A DNA stretch of 64,000 nt from Anaerohalosphaeraceae bacterium (GTDB lineage: Bacteria > Planctomycetota > Phycisphaerae > Sedimentisphaerales > Anaerohalosphaeraceae), in assembly GCA_050309605.1 (NCBI GenBank), contig JBNRMN010000096.1, positions 1-64,000 of the forward strand, given 5' to 3'. The notes beneath the pieces were generated by a model. The model searched no databases and was not told the DNA's origin. It was given only the letters and a program-made list of their open reading frames with translations. The position numbers were made by a program, and so were the translations under genes. The stretch's first letter is position 1. Each line of letters begins with the position of its first letter. Below are positions 26,462 through 35,876 of the stretch, piece after piece.

Positions 26462-28300
26462 ATGGCCAAAAAGGGTCTCTCTTTGAATGATCTGCTGAAA
26501 GATAAGCTGCCTTCGACTTTGGAAATCAAAGGATTTGCCTGGCGTCAGGAGCTGTTGCTGTATGGGTTAGCCGTCGTCATCGGCCTGCTGACCGCGCTGG
26601 CGGCGGTGGGATTTAATGGGCTGGTTGAATGGGTCGATGCGCTCTGTTACGGGTCGAATTCGACGCCGGGCATTTACGGAGAACGCTATTTCCTGCTGTT
26701 CATTCTGCCGGCGGCAGGCGCCTTGCTGGTTGGTCTGATCGCTCATTTCTACTCCCGCGAGGCCGTCGGACACGGCGTGCCCGAAGTGATGGATGCGATT
26801 GTGCGGCGCGACTGCAAGATCAAAATTCATGTCGCATTGGCCCGCATCATTACCGCCGCACTGACCATCGGCTCCGGCGGCTCAGCCGGCCCGGAAGGAC
26901 CGATTATTCAGATCGGGGCGGCCATTGCCTCCTCGTCCGGACGCTTCTTTCGTGTGGTGCGGTATCATTTACCCGTCCTGATTGCCTGCGGCGCGGCCGC
27001 CGGAGTGGCGGCCATTTTTCACGCTCCGATTGCCGGCGTCCTGTTTGCTATGGAGGTATTTCTTCGCGACATCAATTTCAAAACACTTTCGCCGGTTCTC
27101 ATTGCCTCAGTCATCAGTCGGGTCGTGGTCACCACGCTGCTCGGGTCCGATCAGGCCATTTTCCCGTTGGGCGACTTGGCGATTTATACCTTTCACTGGC
27201 TTGAGCTGGGCAATTATATTGTGCTGGGCTTTATTTGTGCGGCTGTGGCCGTGGCGTTTATTCGATTGCTGACCTACGCCGAGGAATGGTTTGAAAAACT
27301 GAACATTCCGGAAGTCTTTAAGCCGATGCTCGGTGGTTTGGCCCTTGGCGTGGTCGGATTGGCAACGGTTATCGCGATTCGCGGGGCGGTACGCGGTGAG
27401 CCGATTATCTTCGGCAAAGGCTATTCGTTTGTTGGATTGTGCATTGGAACGGCTCACGCCGAACGGTTTGCGGATTTTCAAATGACCATCGGGATTCTGG
27501 TCGTGCTGCTCATTGCCAAGATTCTCGCCACGTGTCTGACGCTCGGCAGCGGCGCCTCCGGCGGGGTCTTTGCGCCGTCCCTGTTTATGGGCGCGGCAAC
27601 CGGCTATGCATTTGGGCTGCTGGTTCAGCGATTCGGCTTTTTTCCCGACATCAGTCCGGCAGCCTACAGCGTCGTAGGGATGGCGTCGGTTGTGGCCGCC
27701 ACAACCCACGCCCCGATGGCTGCGATTGTGATGTTGTTTGAGATTACACATAATTATCGCATTATTCTGCCGGTGATGTTTTCTTGTACGGTGGCCTTGT
27801 TGATTGCGCGGCTCTTTTGTGCCCAATCGGTGGCCACGCTGCGGCTTCAGCATCGCGGCGTGCAATTCGGCGTGCACGCACGAACCGCGATGCTCAGACG
27901 GTTTACAGTGCGGGATATTATGGAAGACGGCACGGTCATCGTCCGGGGCGATAAGCCGATTCAGGAGATTATCATCCAGACTGCCGATGAGGATGCGGCC
28001 GATTTTATCGTGCTCGACAAAAACGGGCGATATACTGGGTTGCTGTGCGAAAAAGACCTGCGCAATACCTTGCTGCACCCCGAAGCGATCCCCCTGATCG
28101 TTGGCGACGAACTGGCCCGCCCCGACGTGCCGGTCGTTTCGCCGGACGATACGCTGGATACCGTTCTGGAGATTTTCAGCCGACTGGATGTCAACAGCCT
28201 GCCTGTTTCCGACGGCGTCAAGCCGCCGAATTACATCGGGATGGTCACGCGAGCGGCCCTGATGCGCCGGTATATGAGCGAATTGCAGAACGGCGGCTGA
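26462..28300 (+). CDS. ClC-family chloride channel/antiporter with CBS pair
   Basis: GHGVPE, GSAGPEGP, FHAPIAGVLFAME and GGVFAP signatures. Confidence 0.93.
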   Translation: MAKKGLSLNDLLKDKLPSTLEIKGFAWRQELLLYGLAVVIGLLTALAAVGFNGLVEWVDALCYGSNSTPGIYGERYFLLFILPAAGALLVGLIAHFYSREAVGHGVPEVMDAIVRRDCKIKIHVALARIITAALTIGSGGSAGPEGPIIQIGAAIASSSGRFFRVVRYHLPVLIACGAAAGVAAIFHAPIAGVLFAMEVFLRDINFKTLSPVLIASVISRVVVTTLLGSDQAIFPLGDLAIYTFHWLELGNYIVLGFICAAVAVAFIRLLTYAEEWFEKLNIPEVFKPMLGGLALGVVGLATVIAIRGAVRGEPIIFGKGYSFVGLCIGTAHAERFADFQMTIGILVVLLIAKILATCLTLGSGASGGVFAPSLFMGAATGYAFGLLVQRFGFFPDISPAAYSVVGMASVVAATTHAPMAAIVMLFEITHNYRIILPVMFSCTVALLIARLFCAQSVATLRLQHRGVQFGVHARTAMLRRFTVRDIMEDGTVIVRGDKPIQEIIIQTADEDAADFIVLDKNGRYTGLLCEKDLRNTLLHPEAIPLIVGDELARPDVPVVSPDDTLDTVLEIFSRLDVNSLPVSDGVKPPNYIGMVTRAALMRRYMSELQNGG

Positions 28301-28420
28301 GCCGGCTTGGCAGGGGCACAAAATCGCCCTTTTCAATTGCCGTCGCTTTCGGGTATAATGCCCTTTTCCAAAAATCGTCTTAACTTATCTTGTAATTGGT
28401 ATCAGGAACAAAGGCAGAGA

Positions 28421-29008
28421 ATGCAGAACAAACAGAACCCCCACATTGATCTTCAGCGTCTTGAAAAGGCGGCCTTGGAAATTCTGGAAGCAGTCGGTGA
28501 AAACCCGCAGCGGGAAGGCCTCAGAGAAACACCCCAGCGGGTTGCGCGGATGTTTGCCGAACTGCTGGCGGGAATGAATCACGACCCCGGTGAATATGTT
28601 GGCACAATTTTTCACGAAAAATACGACGAAATCGTCTTGCTCAAAGATATCCCGTTTTACAGCGTTTGTGAACATCATTTAATGCCGTTTATCGGCAAGG
28701 CTCACGTTGCCTATCTGCCCGACGGCAAGGTGCTCGGCATCAGCAAATTGGCTCGGGTCGTCGATGCGTTCGCTCGACGGCTTCAGCTTCAGGAACGGCT
28801 GACCGATCAGATCGCCGATTTTCTGATGCAGAAACTCAGCCCCCAGGGCGTCAGTGTGGTGCTTGAGGCGTCGCATAGCTGTATGACGATACGCGGCATC
28901 CGAAAACCCGGCTCCATGATGGTCACCAGCGCCTTGCGCGGCATCTTCAAACGCGACCCGCGCAGTCGAGCCGAAGTACTGACCCTGATACACGGCGACA
29001 GGCACTGA
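28421..29008 (+). CDS. folE: GTP cyclohydrolase I
   Basis: [34 protein letters not shown] and HSCMTIRG. Confidence 0.96.
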   Translation: MQNKQNPHIDLQRLEKAALEILEAVGENPQREGLRETPQRVARMFAELLAGMNHDPGEYVGTIFHEKYDEIVLLKDIPFYSVCEHHLMPFIGKAHVAYLPDGKVLGISKLARVVDAFARRLQLQERLTDQIADFLMQKLSPQGVSVVLEASHSCMTIRGIRKPGSMMVTSALRGIFKRDPRSRAEVLTLIHGDRH

Positions 29009-29009
29009 T

Positions 29010-29804
29010 ATGCATCGGCTGAATCGACAAATACGGTTTTCCATCAATCCGTTTGCCAAAACGCCTGCGGGCGACAATTCCTATGCGTCCAAACCCTGCG
29101 GCAGCGGGCTGAGCTTCTATCTGGCGTTGTGGGTTGAGTTGGCCGCTCCTCTTGATCCGGATACGGGATTTGTCGTAAATGTCTCTCGGATTGATCAGGC
29201 AGTTCGCCGACGGGCGATTCCCTTGTTTGATGAGGCGATTCGACAAGCCTGTGCTCAGGGCAAATCGGTGATGCTGGCCGATTTAAGCAGGCTGCTCCGA
29301 ACGGCCTGGCCGCGGATACAAAGTGACTTTTTGCGGCCCCGGCTGACACGGCTGAGGCTGGAACTGAATCCCTATCGCACCATTCAACTCAATGCGGAGG
29401 ACAGCGACGTGATTATGTTCAGTGAAAAATTCGAATTTGCGGCGATGCACCGGCTCTGGAACACCCGGTTTGACGACGCGGCCAATACGGAATTATTCGG
29501 CAAGTGCGCCAATCCGGCTGGTCATGGACACAACTATGTCATTGAGGTATCGGTCGAAAAGGCCGACGACTCCGAGCCGCAGGACTGGATTGCCGAGTTT
29601 GAAAACGTTGTGGAACGGTCCTTCTTGTCGCTGGTGGATCATAAAAATTTGAATGTGGATGTGCCGGAGTTTAAGCACAATCCGACCGTTGAGAATCTCG
29701 CCTCATTTGCCTGGTCCCGGCTGGTCGGGCGGTTTGATGATGCCCGGCTGGTTCGGGTCACCGTTTGGGAGAACGACAGAACCTATTGTGCGTATAGCCC
29801 ATAA
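29010..29804 (+). CDS. Tandem-domain 6-pyruvoyl/6-carboxy-tetrahydropterin synthase (PTPS/QueD family)
   Basis: C-terminal domain FAAMHRL...KCANPAGHGHNY...DHKNLN...PTVENLA. The N-terminal T-fold copy lacks HGH. Confidence 0.85.
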   Translation: MHRLNRQIRFSINPFAKTPAGDNSYASKPCGSGLSFYLALWVELAAPLDPDTGFVVNVSRIDQAVRRRAIPLFDEAIRQACAQGKSVMLADLSRLLRTAWPRIQSDFLRPRLTRLRLELNPYRTIQLNAEDSDVIMFSEKFEFAAMHRLWNTRFDDAANTELFGKCANPAGHGHNYVIEVSVEKADDSEPQDWIAEFENVVERSFLSLVDHKNLNVDVPEFKHNPTVENLASFAWSRLVGRFDDARLVRVTVWENDRTYCAYSP

Positions 29805-30081
29805 GGAACGTGTATTTTATCGGAACCACGCGGAACGGCCCTATGCCGCGTATTTGAATACGGACAGTCGCTTTTTTATAACTCCTGCTAATTCTGAGGG
29901 GGTCGTTTACCGATATTATAACTGTCCGTTGTTAAAACGCTTAGGCGTGGCGGGCAAACGGTTGGCTGGTGCGGCGCAACCGACGGGTACGGAGTACAGA
30001 ATGTAAAAAGACTTTATGTGTCGCATTTTACGTGCACACATACCAAAGCCATAGTCAAAGCGTGTTAAGGAATCAGTCGGT

Positions 30082-31371
30082 ATGAAAGTAACAGTTATAG
30101 GTGTGGGATATGTCGGATTGGTCGCGGCCGGGTGTTTTGCCGACGGCGGCAACCATGTGATCTGCGTCGATAGCGACAAAAAAAAGATAGACGATCTTAA
30201 TAATGGGATTATCCCTATCTATGAGCCGGGGCTGACCGAGATTGTTACAAAAAATAAAGAGGCAGGACGTCTCGTTTTTACCACCGATCTGAAAGAGGGC
30301 GTGGACAATTCCCTGCTCATATTCCTCGGTGTCGGCACGCCCAGTGCGCCGGACGGCTCAGCGGATATTTCCGCAGTCCTGCAGGTCGCCGGGCAGATCG
30401 CCGAGAGAATGACCGAGTACAAAATCATCGTCACCAAAAGCACCGTCCCCGTCGGCACGCACAAAGTGGTCAGCGACCTGATCGCCTCCAAGACGGAAGT
30501 GCCGTTTGATTATGTCAGCAATCCGGAGTTTCTGAAAGAAGGCTCGGCGGTGGAAGATTTTATGAAGCCCGACCGTGTCATCATCGGAACGACCAACCCG
30601 GCGGTGATGGAGTTGATGAAGGTGCTCTACGGGCCGTTTATGCGCAAAAGCAGCCGCATTCTGTTTATGGACCCGGCCAGCGCCGAAATGGCCAAATACG
30701 CCGCCAATGTGATGCTTGCCACGCGAATTTCGTTTATGAATGAACTCAGCGCCTTGTGTGAAGCCTGCGGCGCGGATATTGAGATGGTCCGAGCCGGCAT
30801 CGGCAGCGATTCACGCATCGGCAATGCCTTTTTGTTTGCCGGCGTCGGTTTCGGCGGAAGCTGTTTTCCCAAGGATGTCCGGGCGCTGATTCATCTGGGT
30901 CGTCAAATGGATCGACCCATCACCATTGCCGAAGCCGTCCAGCAGGCCAATCTTCGCCAGCATCAGCGGTTTGCCGACAACATACTGGCGTATTTCAAGA
31001 ATCGAACCGATGTGCGGCTGGGCGTCTGGGGCCTGGCGTTCAAGGCTCGCACCGACGACACCCGCGAATCCCCCGCAGTGTTCTGTATCCAACGGTTCCT
31101 GGACGCCGGGATTCAAATCACTGCGTTTGACCCCGAAGCAAACTGTCCGGAGCTGGAGGGCAAAATCCAGCGGGTCGATAACGCCTACAACGTGCTGGAC
31201 GGCGCCGATGCGCTGGTGATCTTTACCGATTGGCAGGAATTTCGCACGCCGGACTTTGCCGCCATCGCCAAAACCCTTAAACAGCCGGTCCTTTTCGACG
31301 GACGCAACCTCTACAGCCCGTCCTTTGTCCGCAAACAGGGCATCGAGTACCACAGCATCGGCAGGCCGTAG
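30082..31371 (+). CDS. ugd: UDP-glucose 6-dehydrogenase
   Basis: IGVGYVGL, KSTVPVGT, SNPEFLKEG and GFGGSCFPKD. Confidence 0.95.
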   Translation: MKVTVIGVGYVGLVAAGCFADGGNHVICVDSDKKKIDDLNNGIIPIYEPGLTEIVTKNKEAGRLVFTTDLKEGVDNSLLIFLGVGTPSAPDGSADISAVLQVAGQIAERMTEYKIIVTKSTVPVGTHKVVSDLIASKTEVPFDYVSNPEFLKEGSAVEDFMKPDRVIIGTTNPAVMELMKVLYGPFMRKSSRILFMDPASAEMAKYAANVMLATRISFMNELSALCEACGADIEMVRAGIGSDSRIGNAFLFAGVGFGGSCFPKDVRALIHLGRQMDRPITIAEAVQQANLRQHQRFADNILAYFKNRTDVRLGVWGLAFKARTDDTRESPAVFCIQRFLDAGIQITAFDPEANCPELEGKIQRVDNAYNVLDGADALVIFTDWQEFRTPDFAAIAKTLKQPVLFDGRNLYSPSFVRKQGIEYHSIGRP

Positions 31372-31422
31372 GATAAAACAACGATCACGCAAACTGAAAC
31401 CATAACCCAAAGGAACAAACCC

Positions 31423-32379
31423 CTGAGCACAATTCTTGTTACAGGCGCAGCCGGTTTCATTGGCTCCCATTTATGCGAGCGGCTGGTCGATCAGGGTCGC
31501 CGTGTGGTCGGGCTGGATAATTTTGATCCGTTTTATGATCCCGCTGTTAAGCGCGGCAATCTGAGTGCTTTGCTTAACTGCCCGTTGTTCGAATTGGTTG
31601 AAGGCGATATCCGCGACGCCGAGAAGGTTGCTTCGATTCTGGCACGCGGCGGAATTGAGACGGTGGTGCATCTGGCGGCCAAGGCGGGCGTGCGTCCGTC
31701 CATTGCCGATCCGGTCGGTTATATGGATGTGAATATCAATGGCACGGTGGTGATGCTCGAAGCGGTGCGCAAACACAACATCCCAAAATTCATTTTTGCC
31801 TCCAGCTCAAGCGTGTATGGCAATAACAAGAAGGTTCCTTTTGCCGAGACGGATACAGTGGATTATCCGATCTCTCCGTATGCGGCCACGAAAAAGGCCG
31901 GTGAGCTGATCTGTCATACCTACGGACATTTGTACGGCATCGGGATGACGTGTCTGCGATTTTTTACCGTCTATGGTCCGCGTCAGCGGCCGGATCTGGC
32001 CATCCATAAATTCGCTCGTCTCATCGAGGCCGGCAAACCAATCCCGGTCTTTGGCGACGGCTCCATGCGGCGGGATTTTACCTATATCGACGACATCATT
32101 GACGGCGTGACCGCGGCAATTGACCGCTGCGCAGGCTACGACATTTACAACCTCGGCGAGTCGCGCCCCATACGGCTGGATGCACTGATTGCCGCGATCG
32201 AAAGAGCACTGGGCCGAAAGGCAATCATCGACCGCCGGCCTGAACAGCCCGGCGATGTCATCCAGACCTATGCCGATGTCAACAAGGCCGTCGAACAACT
32301 GGGCTACCGGCCCCAAACCGAGCTGGCCGATGGCTTGACGCAGTTCGTTCACTGGTTGCGGAACGAGCAGAAAGGATGA
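31423..32379 (+). CDS. NAD-dependent epimerase (UDP-glucuronate 4-epimerase-like), probable CTG start
   Basis: Rossmann motif ILVTGAAGFIGSH lies upstream of the ORF-track start (31504). Also HLAAKAGVRPS, YAATKK and RPDLAI. AAGGAA SD sits 7 nt before CTG. Confidence 0.85.
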   Translation: MSTILVTGAAGFIGSHLCERLVDQGRRVVGLDNFDPFYDPAVKRGNLSALLNCPLFELVEGDIRDAEKVASILARGGIETVVHLAAKAGVRPSIADPVGYMDVNINGTVVMLEAVRKHNIPKFIFASSSSVYGNNKKVPFAETDTVDYPISPYAATKKAGELICHTYGHLYGIGMTCLRFFTVYGPRQRPDLAIHKFARLIEAGKPIPVFGDGSMRRDFTYIDDIIDGVTAAIDRCAGYDIYNLGESRPIRLDALIAAIERALGRKAIIDRRPEQPGDVIQTYADVNKAVEQLGYRPQTELADGLTQFVHWLRNEQKG

Positions 32380-32387
32380 AGCAGAAC

Positions 32388-32468
32388 GCTTTTTCAGAGC
32401 AAATCCGATATAACGTCTTTTCCCCGGAGCGTTGCTCTGGGCGATAATTTAAGAGTGTACCTTCGGTG
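32388..32468 (-). repeat. Degenerate inverted copy of the palindromic element at 19844-19930
   Basis: GCTTTTTCAGAGC...CCCGGAGCGTTGCTCTGGGC...CCTTCGGTG parallels the reverse complement of 19844-19930. Confidence 0.55.
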
Positions 32469-32558
32469 TGTTTCTAAACGAACGGGTCGAACTGTAAAAA
32501 ACCGGTGAACGGTTACAATGACGGTAATTTTCAATGCAATCATTTAATGGAGTGTAAA

Positions 32559-33659
32559 ATGAATGTTCCTTTACTGGATTTGGTGTCGCAGTATAAAACC
32601 ATCAAGGACGATGTTCTCAAGCAAATCGGCGAGGTGCTGGACAGCCAGCGGTGTATCGGCGGGCCAAAAGTCGAGCAGTTGGAACAGCAGATTGCCGCGC
32701 TGTGCGGCTGTCGTTATGCCGTGGGCGTCTCCAGCGGCACCGACGCCTTGCTGGCGTCTCTGATGAGCCTGGAGATCGGCCCCGGCGATGAGGTCATCAC
32801 CACGCCGTTTACGTTTTTTGCCACCGCCGGCAGCATCGCCCGCGTCGGCGCAACGCCGGTGTTTGTGGATATTGACCCGAAAACCTACAATATCGATCCC
32901 GCGCAGATCGAAGCGGCCGTGACGGACAAGGCCAAAGCCGTTATGCCCGTGCACCTGTTCGGCCAGATCGCCGATATGGAGCCGATCATGGCGGTGGCCC
33001 GGCGGCATTCGCTGGCGGTCATTGAGGATGCCTGTCAGGCGATTTCCGCGACCTACAAAGGCCAAAAAGCCGGCGCCATCGGCGACTGCGGCTGTTTTAG
33101 TTTCTTCCCCAGCAAGAATCTCGGCGGTATCGGCGACGGCGGTATGGTCGTGACCAACGATGAAGCCTTGTACCACCGCTTGTTCATTATGCGCAACCAC
33201 GGCATGGAGCCGAAGTATTACCATAAATATATCGGCGGCAATTTCCGTCTCGATCCGATTCAGGCCGCGGCCCTGCTGGTCAAGCTGCCGCATCTAAACG
33301 CCTGGTCCGAAGCTCGCCGCCAAAACGCCGCCTATTACACCGAAAAGTTCAAAGACGCACCCGTCGTGACCCCCTTTATTCGCGACGATTGCGTCTCCAT
33401 TTACAATCAGTATGTTATCCGCGTGCCCCGGCGCGACGAGCTGGTCGAACACCTTCGCAAACACCACATCGGCTGTGAGATTTATTACCCCGTTCCGCTG
33501 CATTTGCAGGAATGTTTTTCCTATCTGAATTATAAGCCGGGTCGTTTTCCTGAGGCGGAAAAAGCCGCCGAGCAAGTCCTGGCCTTGCCGATCTATCCGG
33601 AATTAACCGATGCGATGAAAGATGACGTGGTCAAGGCGGTACTGGACTTTGTCTCTTAG
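32559..33659 (+). CDS. DegT/DnrJ/EryC1/StrS PLP sugar aminotransferase
   Basis: SSGTDAL, PVHLFGQ, IEDACQA and SFFPSKNLGGIGDGG. Confidence 0.94.
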   Translation: MNVPLLDLVSQYKTIKDDVLKQIGEVLDSQRCIGGPKVEQLEQQIAALCGCRYAVGVSSGTDALLASLMSLEIGPGDEVITTPFTFFATAGSIARVGATPVFVDIDPKTYNIDPAQIEAAVTDKAKAVMPVHLFGQIADMEPIMAVARRHSLAVIEDACQAISATYKGQKAGAIGDCGCFSFFPSKNLGGIGDGGMVVTNDEALYHRLFIMRNHGMEPKYYHKYIGGNFRLDPIQAAALLVKLPHLNAWSEARRQNAAYYTEKFKDAPVVTPFIRDDCVSIYNQYVIRVPRRDELVEHLRKHHIGCEIYYPVPLHLQECFSYLNYKPGRFPEAEKAAEQVLALPIYPELTDAMKDDVVKAVLDFVS

Positions 33660-33728
33660 GATCGTGCTGACAATTACGAACTGCGAACTCAAAACCAAAA
33701 AAAATTACGAACTGTTTCGGAGAACTGT

Positions 33729-35054
33729 ATGAGCAAGAAAAATGTGAGTTTGGAACAGAAAATTGCGGACAAAAACGTCATCGTTGGAATTCTGGGACTG
33801 GGCTATGTCGGGCTGCCGCTGGCACGGGAATTTGCCATGGCCGGCCTGCGCGTGGTGGGCTTTGATATTGACCCGGCCAAGGTCAAAAAACTCAACTCCG
33901 GTAAAAGCATCCTCAAGACTGTCCCCAACGAGCAGGTTCGGCAGATGATCAAGTCAAAAAAGTTTCGTGCTACCGCCGATATGGTCGAGATTCGCAAGGT
34001 CGATGCCGTCTTGATCTGCGTCCCGACGCCCCTGACGGCCAACCGCGAACCGGATATGCAGTATGTCGAAAACAGTTGCCGCACCATAGCCAAATACCTG
34101 CAAAAAGGGCAGTTGATTTCGCTGGAAAGCACGACCTATCCCGGCACCACGCGCGAATTGATGAAACCGATTCTTGAACAGTCCGGTCTGAAGGCCGGAA
34201 AAGATTTTCATCTGGCTTATTCGCCCGAACGTGAAGATCCCGGCAACAAACAGTTCACCACCCGCACCATTCCCAAGGTTGTCGGCGGACTGACGCCGAC
34301 ATGCGCCAAGCTGGCGGCCAAGCTCTATGCCCCGGCAATTGAAACAATGGTTCCCGTCTCGTCGCTTGAGGCGGCCGAGGCGGCCAAGATTCTTGAAAAC
34401 GTCTATCGCTGTATCAACATCGCAATGGTCAACGAACTCAAACAGGTCTTCGACCGAATGGACATTGATGTGTGGGAGGTCATTCGTGCGGCCTCGTCCA
34501 AGCCGTTCGGTTTCCAGCCGTTTTATCCCGGCCCCGGCCTGGGCGGTCACTGCATCCCCATCGACCCGTTCTATTTGACCTGGAAGGCCCGTCAGTACGG
34601 TATGCCCACACGGTTCATTGAACTGGCCGGCGAGATCAACACCGATATGCCGCATTATGTTGTGCATAAGGTGATGGAGGCGCTGAACGACCGCAAAAAG
34701 AGCCTCAACGGGTCGAAGGTGCTGGTGCTGGGACTGGCGTATAAGCCGGATATAGACGATGTGCGCGAGTCGCCGTCGCTGGAATTGATCGAACTGCTCA
34801 AGGCCCGCGGGGCGAAGGTCGATTACAACGACCCGTACCTGCCGCAGACGCACAAGATGCGCGAATACGATCTGAAGATGAAAAGCGTTCCGCTGACCGC
34901 GGCCAAGGTCAAGAGTTATGACTGTGTGCTGATTGCGACCAACCACAGCGACTATGACTACAAATGGCTGGTCAAGAACGCTCAGCTTGTCGTCGATACC
35001 CGCAACGCCACCGCCGCGGTCAAAACCGGCCGCAGCAAGATTGTCAAGGCCTAA
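33729..35054 (+). CDS. UDP-N-acetylhexosamine 6-dehydrogenase (WbpA/WecC family)
   Basis: GLGYVGLPL, ESTTYPGTT, SPEREDPGN and GPGLGGHCIPIDP. Confidence 0.92.
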   Translation: MSKKNVSLEQKIADKNVIVGILGLGYVGLPLAREFAMAGLRVVGFDIDPAKVKKLNSGKSILKTVPNEQVRQMIKSKKFRATADMVEIRKVDAVLICVPTPLTANREPDMQYVENSCRTIAKYLQKGQLISLESTTYPGTTRELMKPILEQSGLKAGKDFHLAYSPEREDPGNKQFTTRTIPKVVGGLTPTCAKLAAKLYAPAIETMVPVSSLEAAEAAKILENVYRCINIAMVNELKQVFDRMDIDVWEVIRAASSKPFGFQPFYPGPGLGGHCIPIDPFYLTWKARQYGMPTRFIELAGEINTDMPHYVVHKVMEALNDRKKSLNGSKVLVLGLAYKPDIDDVRESPSLELIELLKARGAKVDYNDPYLPQTHKMREYDLKMKSVPLTAAKVKSYDCVLIATNHSDYDYKWLVKNAQLVVDTRNATAAVKTGRSKIVKA

Positions 35055-35074
35055 CCGAACTGAGATATACAGAC

Positions 35075-35455
35075 ATGACTTCCAAGTATCTCGAATGGAT
35101 TAAGCAGGCGGATTATGATATGGACACCGCCGATTTTATGTTCAATGGAAAGCGTTTTTTTTATGCGGTTTTTATGGCACATTTGGCGGTTGAGAAAGCA
35201 TTGAAGGGGCTTTATCAAAAAAAACTTCAAGAAACCCCTCCAAAAACACACAACTTGATTTATTTGCTGGGGAAAATCGAGTTGAAACCCGATGATAAGG
35301 CCGGGCGATTTATTGCCCGGCTAAACGAAGCCAATATCGCCGCGCGGTATCCCGAAAATCTTGAAAAAGTGCAGCAAATCTATACTCAGGAAGTTACCAG
35401 CCAAATACTGACTCAGGCAAAGGATGTCATTGCGTGGATAAAAAAACAGTATTAG
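35075..35455 (+). CDS. HEPN-domain protein
   Basis: WIKQADYD, AHLAVEKALKG, PKTHNL and ARYP. Overlaps the MNT gene. Confidence 0.9.
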   Translation: MTSKYLEWIKQADYDMDTADFMFNGKRFFYAVFMAHLAVEKALKGLYQKKLQETPPKTHNLIYLLGKIELKPDDKAGRFIARLNEANIAARYPENLEKVQQIYTQEVTSQILTQAKDVIAWIKKQY

Positions 35456-35751
35456 CGAATATATCCAGGTTCAGAGAGGCGATTGAATCAGCGGGCGTTG
35501 AGCCGCAGAAGATTATTCTTTATGGTTCGTATGCCGCCGGTACACAGCGGCCTGACAGCGATATCGATCTGGTTGTCATCAGCGAAGATTTTGAAATGAT
35601 GGATTACTGGCAGCGGATTGATGTTTTGGCCGATGCGATTTACAAGGTGTTTTTACCGATTGAGGCGGTGGCGATGACGCCGCAGGAATGGCGGGACGGC
35701 GATTCGCTCATTGCCGACTATGCCCGAAAGGGTGAGGTGGTCTTTGGGTGA
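35434..35751 (+). CDS. Minimal nucleotidyltransferase (MNT) domain protein
   Basis: ILYGSYAAG...DSDIDLVVIS motif in 105 aa. Confidence 0.9.
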   Translation: MDKKTVLANISRFREAIESAGVEPQKIILYGSYAAGTQRPDSDIDLVVISEDFEMMDYWQRIDVLADAIYKVFLPIEAVAMTPQEWRDGDSLIADYARKGEVVFG

Positions 35752-35876
35752 GAAGGCGGGCACATTTAAGAAGCGGGCCGCTTTTTTGATTTCGATATGA
35801 ATATATTCAGAAACGTTTGTAAGATATTTTTCTCTTTGGCGATCATACCATACAACGCTCCCTGAAAAGAGTTATT

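Noticed and set aside
32559..35054. Complete Wbp-type 2,3-diacetamido-uronic acid pathway
   Set aside because: WbpA- and WbpE-like genes are present, but no WbpB oxidase or hexapeptide acetyltransferase is in the locus, so the sugar product cannot be assigned.
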